Below, piece by piece: positions 41,036 to 50,137 of a stretch of DNA of 64,000 nt. A program made the position numbers and the translations under genes. Numbering within the stretch: position 1 is the first letter of the stretch; each line of letters opens with the position of its first letter. This DNA is from an uncultured Muribaculaceae bacterium (GTDB lineage Bacteria > Bacteroidota > Bacteroidia > Bacteroidales > Muribaculaceae), in the NCBI GenBank assembly GCA_964613095.1, contig CAZTFX010000003.1, positions 13,538 to 77,537 of the forward strand. The letters run 5' to 3'. The notes under the pieces are model-generated. The model was given only the letters and a program-made list of their open reading frames with translations. It ran no database searches and was not told the origin of the DNA.

Positions 41036-41145
41036 AAAAAAGAGGCTGTCTAACAAGTCTGATTTTAACGATTTTACCCCCGCCAGAAGTTTATCTGACG
41101 GGGGTAAATTTCATTTTTCTAGGACTTGTTAGACAGTCTCTTTTT
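41036..41145. terminator. nested double hairpin between convergent genes (bidirectional terminator or palindromic element)
   Basis: Outer arms: aaaaagaggctgtctaacaagtc (41036-41059) and gacttgttagacagtctcttttt (41123-41145), 23 bp with 1 mismatch. Inner GC-rich hairpin: ttacccccgccag (41075-41086) and ctgacgggggtaa (41095-41107). Confidence 0.7.
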
Positions 41146-41165
41146 CGTATCACTTGTTCTTGTTA

Positions 41166-42416
41166 TTAGTTTTGACTTTCAATTGCATTCAATTTAGCTT
41201 CATTACCTAATTGATAATATATACTGCGTAACGCATTTTTTGCGTCAAAATTATCTTTATCTAATTCATAAGCTTTTTCTAAATAAGGAAGAGCTTCTTC
41301 ATATAGAGGATTGACCAATTTAGCCAAAGCTTCACCTGTTAAATCAACTTTTTCATCTCTTAACTTAACAGCCTTATTGTAATAATAACGTCCAAGATCA
41401 AATTGAGCTTTTGAATTATTTGGATCCAAATCTACAGCTTTCTTAAAATAAGGAAGAGCTTCTTCTATTGATGATTGCTTTTCCACTAAATTACCTTTCA
41501 GATTACAGAATTCTGCATTTTGTGGATTATCATTAATTGCTTGATCTAAATATTGTGAAGCCAAATCAAATTTTTCTTCAAATAGATAATGATTAATAAG
41601 AATACTTACATATTGGTTATCTTGCTTTCCATAGAAAGGAATTGCTGCTTTTGCTATACCAAGAAATTCATCATTATTCTTTAATTCAGCTGCACAACTT
41701 AATGGATAATCAAATGCTTCTTTTCTAGAAGTATATCCTAAATCAATTGCTTTTTTAAACGCAACCAAAGCGTCCTTCGGATTAGTAGCTTGCCACAATG
41801 CAACACCTTGCCAGAAACGTATTTCACCCACAATAGTATCAGCAGGTTGTTGAATTCTATCTTTCAAATATGGCTCAAACGGCAAAGTTGCACATAACTC
41901 ATAGCATTTTGCTGCATTTTCATAATCATTAGCTTGATGTAAAGTACTAGCCATGTTATTTAGTGGCATGTAGTTTTCAGCTAATAACTTATAAATCTTT
42001 TCAGTATATTCAGCCTTAATATTAGGTAAACCGGTTTTCTTATCAATTTTAGGTTGACCAGTCTTTTTATCTAGTTCAGGAACTGAATCAAATGGCAATG
42101 CAGCCTTCAAATATCCAATTCCAGCAAGAAGAGCTAAACCCATTTTCTTAGAATCTACAGAAGCTGGGTTGATTACACTTTTCTTATACAAATCATCAAA
42201 CTCATTCAATTCCAATTTAGCTGCAGTAAACCATGTATAAGAACTGTTTTTAGATGATTCCTCTGTTAACGCAGGTTTCAACGACTCACGTAACACTTGA
42301 TAATTAGGATTTGAAGCACTAATACCTTTATCAACTTTCTTTACCAAGTCAATCTGCGCATTTATTGCAGAAAAACATAGAGAGGTACATGCTAGCGTTA
42401 AAAATAATTTTTTCAT
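41166..42416 (-). CDS. tetratricopeptide-repeat (TPR) protein, secreted
   Basis: Signal peptide plus multiple TPR-like A/Y/L helical pairs (..EEALPYFKKAVDLDPNN.., ..EEALPYLEKAYELDKDN..). Confidence 0.7.
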   Translation of the reverse strand: MKKLFLTLACTSLCFSAINAQIDLVKKVDKGISASNPNYQVLRESLKPALTEESSKNSSYTWFTAAKLELNEFDDLYKKSVINPASVDSKKMGLALLAGIGYLKAALPFDSVPELDKKTGQPKIDKKTGLPNIKAEYTEKIYKLLAENYMPLNNMASTLHQANDYENAAKCYELCATLPFEPYLKDRIQQPADTIVGEIRFWQGVALWQATNPKDALVAFKKAIDLGYTSRKEAFDYPLSCAAELKNNDEFLGIAKAAIPFYGKQDNQYVSILINHYLFEEKFDLASQYLDQAINDNPQNAEFCNLKGNLVEKQSSIEEALPYFKKAVDLDPNNSKAQFDLGRYYYNKAVKLRDEKVDLTGEALAKLVNPLYEEALPYLEKAYELDKDNFDAKNALRSIYYQLGNEAKLNAIESQN

Positions 42417-42455
42417 ATTGATTAATTTTGAAATTAATTATTAGTTATTTATTCT

Positions 42456-44984
42456 TTATTTTTCACTTTCAGTAGATGGCATTTCAGATGTATTATTATC
42501 TACGCCTTCCTTCAATTCTATATTATTTTCCGTTTCTTCTATTTCGCTTGTATCAACTTTACAAACCGAAGCAATTTCATCATTTCTCTTTTCCAGGTTT
42601 ATTAATCTGACTCCTTGAGTTGCTCGTCCCATAACTCTTATATCGGCTACATTCAAACGCAACGTAATACCTGATTTATTAATAATTACTAAATCATTCT
42701 TATCATTTACACTCTTTATAGCTACTAGTTTTCCTGTCTTTTCGGTTATATTGATAGTCTTAACTCCTTTACCACCACGATTGGTAATACGATAATCTTC
42801 TAAATCGGAACGTTTTCCATATCCTTGTTCAGAAACTACCATAACAGTATTTTCAGTACCCTTTGGCATACAAATCATTCCTACAATTTCATCATCTTCA
42901 GAATCCAAAGTCATACCTTTCACACCGGTTGACATACGTCCCATTTCACGCACTTTGCTTTCATGGAATCGGATAGCTTTACCATATTTATTTGCCAAAA
43001 TAACATCACTATCGCCGTCGGTCATTCGAACTTCAACCACTTGGTCATCTTCACGTATAATAATTGCATTAACGCCATTTACACGTGGGCGTGAATATGC
43101 TTCAAGTTTTGTTTTCTTTATTACACCGTTCTTTGTGCAGAAAATAAGGTTGTGAGTTGTGTTATATTCAGGATCTGTCAAATTTTTGCAACGAATGAAT
43201 GCATTAACTTTATCATCGGAATCAATATTCAACATATTTTGAATAGCACGTCCTTTTGAATTCTTACTACCTTCAGGTATTTCATAAACTTTCAACCAAT
43301 AACAACGACCCTTTTGAGTAAAGAATAACATATAGTTATGCATTGAAGCCGGATAAATATATTCGATAAAATCTTCTTCTCGAGTATCACTTCCCTTTGC
43401 TCCAACTCCTCCACGATTTTGTGCGCGGAACTCACTCAATGGAGTACGTTTAATATATCCGAGATGCGAAATTGTGATAATCATTTCATCATCAGCATAA
43501 AAATCTTCTGCATTAAATTCTTCAGATGCATATACGATTTCTGTCTTTCTATCATCACCAAACTTATCTCTTACCTCAATCAATTCATTTTCTATAACTT
43601 TACGACAAACAGCATCATCTGTCAAAATATCATTCAAATGTTGAATCAATTTTTGTAATTCGGCAAATTCATCACGTAGCTTATCTTGTTCAAGATTTGT
43701 AAGGTTACGCAAACGCATTTCAACTATTGCACGAGTCTGTACATCGTCCAAATTGAAACGTTCACTCAATCTTGCACGCGCTTCATCAGTTATTTTACTA
43801 CTCTTAATAATATGTATTACTTCATCAATGTTATCAGATGCAATAATTAAACCTTCTACTATGTGTGCCCTATCTTGAGCCTTCTTTAATTCAAATTTTG
43901 TACGACGAATCACCACTTCATGGCGATGGTCGAGGAAGTGTTGCAATATTTCTTTCAAATTCAATGTGTGAGGACGCCCTTTAACCAGAGCCACATTATT
44001 CACACTGAAAGAAGATTGCAATTGAGTCATCTTATACAACTTGTTTAGAACCACATTTGCATTTGCATCTTTCTTTATATCAACAACGATACGCATACCT
44101 TTTCGGTCACTTTCATCATTAATATTTGAGATACCATCAAGACGCTTTTCTTCAACAAGTTTTGCAATGTCCTCAATCAGAACTCGCTTATTTACATTAT
44201 AAGGAATTTCTGTTACAATTATTTTTTCTCGGTCACCTTCATTCTCTATTTCGACCTTTGCTCTTATAACAATACGTCCCCTACCTGTCATAAAGGCTTC
44301 TTTTACTCCTGCATAACCATATATAATACCTCCGGTTGGAAAATCAGGAGCTTTAATATGTTGCATTAAGCCTTCTATTTCTATATCCGGATCCTTTAGC
44401 AATGCCAAACAACCATTTATAGACTCTGTCAAATTATGAGGAGGCATATTTGTTGCCATACCTACGGCAATACCTGATGCACCATTCACTAATAAATTTG
44501 GGAAACGAGTAGGTAAAACGGTTGGTTCTTGTAATGTATTATCGAAATTAGGTGTAAAATCCACTGTATCTTCATCGATATCACGCATCATCTCCTCACC
44601 CATCTTAGCAAGACGTGCTTCAGTATAACGCATTGCTGCCGGGCTATCTCCATCGATCGAACCAAAGTTTCCTTGTCCTTCAACCAATGTATAACGTAAT
44701 GCCCAATCTTGAGCCATACGCACCATTGCAAAGTACACAGAGGAGTCTCCATGTGGGTGATACTTACCGAGAACTTCACCGACTATACGAGCCGATTTCT
44801 TTGTAGGTGCTGTAGATACATTACCCAACTTTTCCATACCAAACAATACTCTACGATGTACTGGTTTAAAACCATCACGTACATCAGGTAGAGCACGAGA
44901 CACAATCACCGACATAGAATAGTCGATGTATGCCGATTTCATTTCATTTTCAATGTTGATCTTTCTAATGCGATCTTCTGACAT
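42456..44984 (-). CDS. gyrA: DNA gyrase subunit A
   Basis: 842 aa with [11 protein letters not shown], the catalytic Tyr in [10 protein letters not shown], and C-terminal beta-pinwheel repeats. Confidence 0.97.
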   Translation of the reverse strand: MSEDRIRKINIENEMKSAYIDYSMSVIVSRALPDVRDGFKPVHRRVLFGMEKLGNVSTAPTKKSARIVGEVLGKYHPHGDSSVYFAMVRMAQDWALRYTLVEGQGNFGSIDGDSPAAMRYTEARLAKMGEEMMRDIDEDTVDFTPNFDNTLQEPTVLPTRFPNLLVNGASGIAVGMATNMPPHNLTESINGCLALLKDPDIEIEGLMQHIKAPDFPTGGIIYGYAGVKEAFMTGRGRIVIRAKVEIENEGDREKIIVTEIPYNVNKRVLIEDIAKLVEEKRLDGISNINDESDRKGMRIVVDIKKDANANVVLNKLYKMTQLQSSFSVNNVALVKGRPHTLNLKEILQHFLDHRHEVVIRRTKFELKKAQDRAHIVEGLIIASDNIDEVIHIIKSSKITDEARARLSERFNLDDVQTRAIVEMRLRNLTNLEQDKLRDEFAELQKLIQHLNDILTDDAVCRKVIENELIEVRDKFGDDRKTEIVYASEEFNAEDFYADDEMIITISHLGYIKRTPLSEFRAQNRGGVGAKGSDTREEDFIEYIYPASMHNYMLFFTQKGRCYWLKVYEIPEGSKNSKGRAIQNMLNIDSDDKVNAFIRCKNLTDPEYNTTHNLIFCTKNGVIKKTKLEAYSRPRVNGVNAIIIREDDQVVEVRMTDGDSDVILANKYGKAIRFHESKVREMGRMSTGVKGMTLDSEDDEIVGMICMPKGTENTVMVVSEQGYGKRSDLEDYRITNRGGKGVKTINITEKTGKLVAIKSVNDKNDLVIINKSGITLRLNVADIRVMGRATQGVRLINLEKRNDEIASVCKVDTSEIEETENNIELKEGVDNNTSEMPSTESEK

Positions 44985-45215
44985 ATTTTCTGTTAAAATT
45001 ATTTACAAATTACTATACAATGTATCATTTTACAATGATTCAATATCTGTTATTTCAACATACAAAGATAATCAAAAAATATAAATATATACGACTTTTA
45101 AAGCAACTAATCTCACAAATATTTTAAGACTTTGGCATAATAATTGTTATATTAATGATTATTAATATTTACAGATAACCTTTTTATAAATAAGTATCAT
45201 AATTTTGTAATTAAT

Positions 45216-45395
45216 ATGTGGACTTTTATTACATTTATAGTATTATTAATTCTATCATTTGTTCCCATGCTGTTATTAGTGGCATGTTCAGAGAATTGTG
45301 ATAAATTTGAGGTTCCTAAAATAATGAAATCTGCTAAGCTATTGAAACCAATGGAACCGGTTAAATTGTTAAAACCCATAAAAGATAATATATGA
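45216..45395 (+). CDS. candidate 59-aa small membrane protein or lipoprotein (below the ORF-track cut-off)
   Basis: ATG 45216 gives [59 protein letters not shown], ending at TGA 45393-45395. The stop overlaps the Clp ATPase ATG (ATATGA). The N-terminus is hydrophobic with a lipobox-like LVAC. No n-region charge and no homology evidence. Confidence 0.25.
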   Translation: MWTFITFIVLLILSFVPMLLLVACSENCDKFEVPKIMKSAKLLKPMEPVKLLKPIKDNI

Positions 45396-47533
45396 AACGA
45401 AACAATATAGATTATATAAAATATTATCCAATAGGTATCTCAACACCTCGTATGGGAGCTGATTTTCCTGAAGAAGAGGATGCAGAAGAATTTTCAAACG
45501 AAAGTTCGTCTTCAAACATAAACCAATCGCCGGAAAGCTCTTCTAAAAGCACAGCAAGCAAGACTGCCACAAAAAGCGGCAACAGCACACCTATCCTTGA
45601 CAAATACGGCAAGGATATGACAAAAGATGCCGAAAATGGTAAACTCGATCCGGTTATTGGTAGAGAAAAAGAAATTGAACGACTTGCTCAAATCCTAAGT
45701 AGACGCAAAAAGAATAATCCCGTTCTTATAGGTGAACCAGGTGTTGGAAAATCTGCTATAGTTGAAGGACTTGCTTTAGCTATTATTCAACGTAAAGTTT
45801 CACGTGTTTTGTTTGACAAACGTGTAGTATCTCTTGATATGGCAGGACTTGTTGCAGGTACAAAGTATAGAGGTCAATTTGAAGAACGTATCAAAGCTGT
45901 TATAGATGAACTTTCTTCAAATTCTGATGTCATACTATTTATTGATGAAATTCATAACATAGTTGGGGCTGGAAATGCGGCAGGTTCAATGGATGCAGCA
46001 AATCTACTAAAACCTGCACTTGCTCGTGGAGAAATACAATGTATCGGGGCTACCACCCTTGATGAATATCGTAAAAACATCGAAAAAGATGGAGCTTTGG
46101 AACGTCGATTTCAAAAGGTAATGGTAGAACCCACTACAGCCGAAGAAACTTTGGCAATACTTAATAATATCAAAGGAAAATATGAAGAACATCATGGTGT
46201 TATCTATACACCCGAAGCTATCGAGGATTGCGTAAAACTTACTGAAAGATATGTAAGTGATCGCAATTTCCCCGATAAAGCTATTGACGCACTTGATGAA
46301 GCCGGTTCTCGCGTACATATATCCAATATTGTTGTACCCAAAGAAATTGATAATCTCGAAAAACAGATTTCGGAGGCACAACGCAATAAAGTAAAGGCTG
46401 CACAAGCTCAAAACTTTGAAATTGCGGCTAATTATAGAGATGTTCAGGAACAACTGACAGCAAAGCTAAATCAAGCAAAACTTGAATGGGAAGAAGAACT
46501 CGCCAAAAAACGAGAAATTGTAGATGTCGATAAAGTTGCCGAAGTAGTTGCAATGATGACTGGTGTTCCGGTTCAACGTATTGCACAAGCCGAAGGAGAA
46601 CGTCTGCTTAAAATGGGTGATGAACTTAAAGATACCATTATAGACCAAGATGAAGCAATAGAGAAAATTACAAAATGTATTCGACGCAATCGTGTAGGGC
46701 TTAAAGATCCTAACCGCCCTATCGGCAGTTTCATGTTTTTAGGTCCTACCGGTGTAGGTAAAACTTACCTTGCCAAAAAACTCGCACAATTCCTCTTTGG
46801 AAGTGAAGATGCATTAATACGCATTGATATGAGTGAATATATGGAAAAATTCACCGTATCACGTCTTGTTGGAGCACCTCCGGGATACGTTGGATATGAA
46901 GAAGGCGGACAATTAACCGAAAAAGTACGTCGTCACCCCTATTCAGTCGTTCTGCTTGACGAACTTGAAAAAGCTCATTCCGATGTATTCAATATGTTGT
47001 TACAGGTAATGGATGAAGGTCGCCTTACCGATAGTTTAGGTCGTAAAGTTGATTTTAAAAATACTATAATAATAATGACCTCAAACATCGGGTCACGCGA
47101 ACTTAAAGATTTTGGAGGCGGAGTAGGTTTTAACACCTCGACAATCACCAAAGAACGTTCTCATGGCATAATAACAAAGGCATTGAATCAACGTTTTTCA
47201 CCTGAATTCTTGAACCGTATCGATGACATAATAATGTTTGATTCTCTCAACAAAGATTCAATATTCAAAATTATCAACCTTGAATTATGTTCATTCTACA
47301 AAAGGGTTAACTATTTGGGCTACACATTGGAAATAACCAAGGAAGCCAAAGATTTCCTTGCAGAAAAAGGTTATGACAAGCAATATGGGGCAAGACCACT
47401 GAAACGAGCTATTCAAACTCACATAGAAGACAATCTTGCAGAAATTTTATTGCGAGGAGAAGCCAAACCAGGAGATACAATACTTGTCGATGTTTCTACC
47501 GATAAAGAAAAAATCACAACTTCAATCAAATAA
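45392..47533 (+). CDS. Clp/Hsp100 class I AAA+ ATPase (ClpC-like) lacking the Clp_N domain
   Basis: Walker A motifs GEPGVGKS and [16 protein letters not shown] at aa 85-92, a UVR-like middle region and a ClpB_D2-small C-terminus. Only about 85 low-complexity residues precede LDPVIGR. Confidence 0.9.
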   Translation: MKRNNIDYIKYYPIGISTPRMGADFPEEEDAEEFSNESSSSNINQSPESSSKSTASKTATKSGNSTPILDKYGKDMTKDAENGKLDPVIGREKEIERLAQILSRRKKNNPVLIGEPGVGKSAIVEGLALAIIQRKVSRVLFDKRVVSLDMAGLVAGTKYRGQFEERIKAVIDELSSNSDVILFIDEIHNIVGAGNAAGSMDAANLLKPALARGEIQCIGATTLDEYRKNIEKDGALERRFQKVMVEPTTAEETLAILNNIKGKYEEHHGVIYTPEAIEDCVKLTERYVSDRNFPDKAIDALDEAGSRVHISNIVVPKEIDNLEKQISEAQRNKVKAAQAQNFEIAANYRDVQEQLTAKLNQAKLEWEEELAKKREIVDVDKVAEVVAMMTGVPVQRIAQAEGERLLKMGDELKDTIIDQDEAIEKITKCIRRNRVGLKDPNRPIGSFMFLGPTGVGKTYLAKKLAQFLFGSEDALIRIDMSEYMEKFTVSRLVGAPPGYVGYEEGGQLTEKVRRHPYSVVLLDELEKAHSDVFNMLLQVMDEGRLTDSLGRKVDFKNTIIIMTSNIGSRELKDFGGGVGFNTSTITKERSHGIITKALNQRFSPEFLNRIDDIIMFDSLNKDSIFKIINLELCSFYKRVNYLGYTLEITKEAKDFLAEKGYDKQYGARPLKRAIQTHIEDNLAEILLRGEAKPGDTILVDVSTDKEKITTSIK

Positions 47534-47535
47534 AC

Positions 47536-47569
47536 AAAAACTCTCAGAATGAAGATTCTGAGAGTTTTT
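47536..47569. terminator. bidirectional intrinsic terminator
   Basis: aaaaactctcagaat (47536-47550) / attctgagagttttt (47555-47569), a perfect 15-bp stem that includes the A/T runs. Confidence 0.85.
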
Positions 47570-47577
47570 GTTTAATG

Positions 47578-48168
47578 TTATTTTTTTAATTCAATCAAGA
47601 TAACGCCATTTTTTGCCTTATCTCCGTATTTATCTATATACTCTGCCAAATCATCAGCCTTTTTAACAACCGTCATTTTTTCAATATTATCTGCCTTAAT
47701 CTCATCCAATCCTCTATCAAACAGTTTTCCATCAACTAAAACAATAGAGTCTTTCGCTTTAGAAGATTTTTGCTTTTTTACTGCACCTTTATCCTCTGAC
47801 AACACAACATCTGTTTCTTGATTATCCTTATCCCCTACTTTAATCACAGCCTTTTGATAACCGGCATACGAAACTTCTAATTTTACGCCCTTAGATACCG
47901 AAATAGAGTAAGCTCCATTAAGATCGGAAACAACACCTTTTTTAGTTGCACGATTAACAATGACTGCACCAATAATAGGTTTACCATTCCGGTCGGTCAC
48001 TTTGCCAGAGACCAAACATTTTTCACTTGATTCATTCACGTTCACAGTAGCAACTTTTCCTTTCAAGTTTGCTTGTCCTAATTCGACTGATGATGTTCCC
48101 ATTAATCCTCCTGCAAAAATGTTTGCATTCACAGTCAACAGCATTACTAATAAAATTTTTGTTTTCAT
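47578..48168 (-). CDS. secreted CarboxypepD_reg-like protein, paralogue of the BlaR1-like protein's C-terminal region
   Basis: Signal peptide. GKVTDRNGKPIIGAVIVN...SDLNGAYSISV...YAGYQ and the tail ..YIDKYGDKAKNGVILIELKK align by eye with residues ~300-458 of the upstream M56 protein. Confidence 0.65.
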   Translation of the reverse strand: MKTKILLVMLLTVNANIFAGGLMGTSSVELGQANLKGKVATVNVNESSEKCLVSGKVTDRNGKPIIGAVIVNRATKKGVVSDLNGAYSISVSKGVKLEVSYAGYQKAVIKVGDKDNQETDVVLSEDKGAVKKQKSSKAKDSIVLVDGKLFDRGLDEIKADNIEKMTVVKKADDLAEYIDKYGDKAKNGVILIELKK

Positions 48169-48278
48169 AATACATCGTTTTTTAAGTTAAACATCATTAT
48201 TTTAATAAATTAAGTATATAGTCCGCCCTGAGAAAGTACATTTACCATCTCTAAACAGCTCTTATTATGTGAATTAGA

Positions 48279-49655
48279 TTATTCTTTCAGTTCAACTTTT
48301 ATAATACCGTTATTTGCAATTTCTCCATACTTTTCAATATATGGTTTTAACGCAGTTTTATTCTTTATAATGGTTATACCTTTAATCTTGTTGGTCGGTA
48401 TGTCTTTCAGAGGTTTATCATATAATTCATCATTTACAAGAATTATTTGCCTTTTTTCTTCTGAATGTTTATTCTTAACCGCTACATCTTTTATCTGCAT
48501 TTTACCCTCTGTCTGTAATGCTATATCAATCGTTTGAGTATCATCCCTACCTGCTATTATCGCACCTTTGACATATCCCGGATATACGATTTCCAATATT
48601 GAACCTTTAGGGAGATTTAACTGATACTTTCCTTCCACATCGGTAACTGCCCCCTTACTCGTTTTCTTGTCTTTTATCACTGCACCTATAATCGGCTCTC
48701 CCGTCTCTTTATCAGTAATTTTACCCATAATGGTACAAACCTCTTTCGACTCCGACATTTTTATTTCTTCAACCGTTCCTGATAAATATTTGATTTCATC
48801 AGGTTTCTTTACAAATGCAAATACTATTACTGCAACCATTAAAAACGGTAATAGCAATATGGCTCTTGCATTTTTCTCGGTTCTTACCATTGTCATGGCA
48901 AAAAAGCGTTTTTTCAACGGATGCCCCACTAAATTACATGTTAAATCACCTTTTATTCCCAACACTTGTTTTAATAATGTTGTCCTATATTCGGTTACAT
49001 CATATCCTTGATTTAGCACATCTGCATCAGCTTCCATTTCTTGAATCTCTATCAATTTCTTCATAGATAACCACACAAATGGATTGAACCAACAAAAGGC
49101 TTTCAATAATTCCAACAATATACGTTCTTGTGAATGTTCATGTTTTATATGACTTTTTTCATGTGCTATAATTTGCTTCCTTTCCGATTCATCTTCTATT
49201 ATCGGTAAATATATAGTATGTAAAAACGAATATGGCGTTTTTATCATTTCATGTACAGCTATTGAATATTTTTCAAATTTTATTTTTTCAGCAATCTGTC
49301 TTAATCGATATGTTCTACTTAAACGAATAACCATACCACCGAGAACCAAACCAACACCTAATATATAAACAGTCCACATAATATTAGTCCAATTCCACCA
49401 ATTATAACTTTCTATATCTTGAATATAAGAAATATCATTACTTATAATAACATTCTCAGCCGGCATTACGACTACATCCCCTTGCCATACCGGTATCTGC
49501 AATAAAGGTATCAAGCATGACATGAATATTCCTATAATCATAACATAACGACTTACTTTATAACTTGTGTGATGCATTATGAGCAAATGATATAATGCAA
49601 AAAACAACCCGCTACACACAATGCTTTCGATGAAATATAACAATGGTTCTTTCAT
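48279..49655 (-). CDS. M56 family (BlaR1/MecR1-like) membrane metalloprotease-sensor with a CarboxypepD_reg-like extracytoplasmic domain
   Basis: N-terminal TM segments and the zinc motif H165-EKS-H169 (IIAHEKSHIKHEH). The C-terminal part is GKITDKETGEPIIGAVIKD...TDVEGKY. No penicillin-binding (SxxK) domain is visible. Confidence 0.8.
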   Translation of the reverse strand: MKEPLLYFIESIVCSGLFFALYHLLIMHHTSYKVSRYVMIIGIFMSCLIPLLQIPVWQGDVVVMPAENVIISNDISYIQDIESYNWWNWTNIMWTVYILGVGLVLGGMVIRLSRTYRLRQIAEKIKFEKYSIAVHEMIKTPYSFLHTIYLPIIEDESERKQIIAHEKSHIKHEHSQERILLELLKAFCWFNPFVWLSMKKLIEIQEMEADADVLNQGYDVTEYRTTLLKQVLGIKGDLTCNLVGHPLKKRFFAMTMVRTEKNARAILLLPFLMVAVIVFAFVKKPDEIKYLSGTVEEIKMSESKEVCTIMGKITDKETGEPIIGAVIKDKKTSKGAVTDVEGKYQLNLPKGSILEIVYPGYVKGAIIAGRDDTQTIDIALQTEGKMQIKDVAVKNKHSEEKRQIILVNDELYDKPLKDIPTNKIKGITIIKNKTALKPYIEKYGEIANNGIIKVELKE

Positions 49656-49660
49656 TATGG

Positions 49661-50047
49661 TTACTTTTTTTCTTTGATTATTTTTATAACATCCTCCAGT
49701 TCATCGATTGTTATTGACCTTGAATCGGAAAAGAAACAAAGCATTTGCGAAATCGAACCACCAAAAAAGTTATTCAACACATTCCCCATAAAGGATTTTG
49801 TATAGTTTCGTTTTTCTACCAACGGATAATATTGATATGTGGTACCGAAAGCATTATGTCCAACAAAGCCTTTCTTTTCCAAGACTCTTATCACTGTTGA
49901 TACCGTATTATATGCCGGTTTTGGTTCCGGCATTTCTTCTAAAATATCCTTTACGAATACTTTCTCCTTTGCCCACAGAATTTGCATAACTTCAAGTTCT
50001 GCACGTGTTAATTCTTGTGATGAATTGCTATTAGCTTTTCTTGCCAT
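49661..50047 (-). CDS. BlaI/MecI/CopY family transcriptional repressor
   Basis: 128 aa. LTRAELEVMQILW....YNTVSTVIRVLEKKGFV is the Penicillinase_R winged helix. It sits directly upstream of, and co-directional with, the M56 gene. Confidence 0.85.
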   Translation of the reverse strand: MARKANSNSSQELTRAELEVMQILWAKEKVFVKDILEEMPEPKPAYNTVSTVIRVLEKKGFVGHNAFGTTYQYYPLVEKRNYTKSFMGNVLNNFFGGSISQMLCFFSDSRSITIDELEDVIKIIKEKK

Positions 50048-50073
50048 TTTGTAGTATTATTAATTTTCAGCCA

Positions 50074-50118
50074 CAAAGCTACAACTATTTTTATAGTTAC
50101 ACAACTACATAAATAGTT
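50074..50118 (-). promoter_or_regulatory. candidate blaI promoter (-7 box) with two phased operator-like dyads
   Basis: Minus-strand TAGCTTTG (plus coordinates 50074-50081) matches TAnnTTTG, 27 nt before ATG 50047. The dyads AACTAT-tttt-ATAGTT (50083-50098) and AACTAC-ataa-ATAGTT (50103-50118) repeat with an exact 20-bp period, each preceded by ACA. Confidence 0.45.
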
Positions 50119-50137
50119 TTAACAATTGCTTAACACT

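Noticed and set aside
45197-45379. 60-aa minus-strand ORF in the gyrA-clp gap
   Set aside because: It has no signal, motif or coupling to a neighbouring gene. It overlaps the plus-strand 59-codon ORF, which at least has an ATGA overlap with the clp gene. Neither is proven, and this one has the weaker support.
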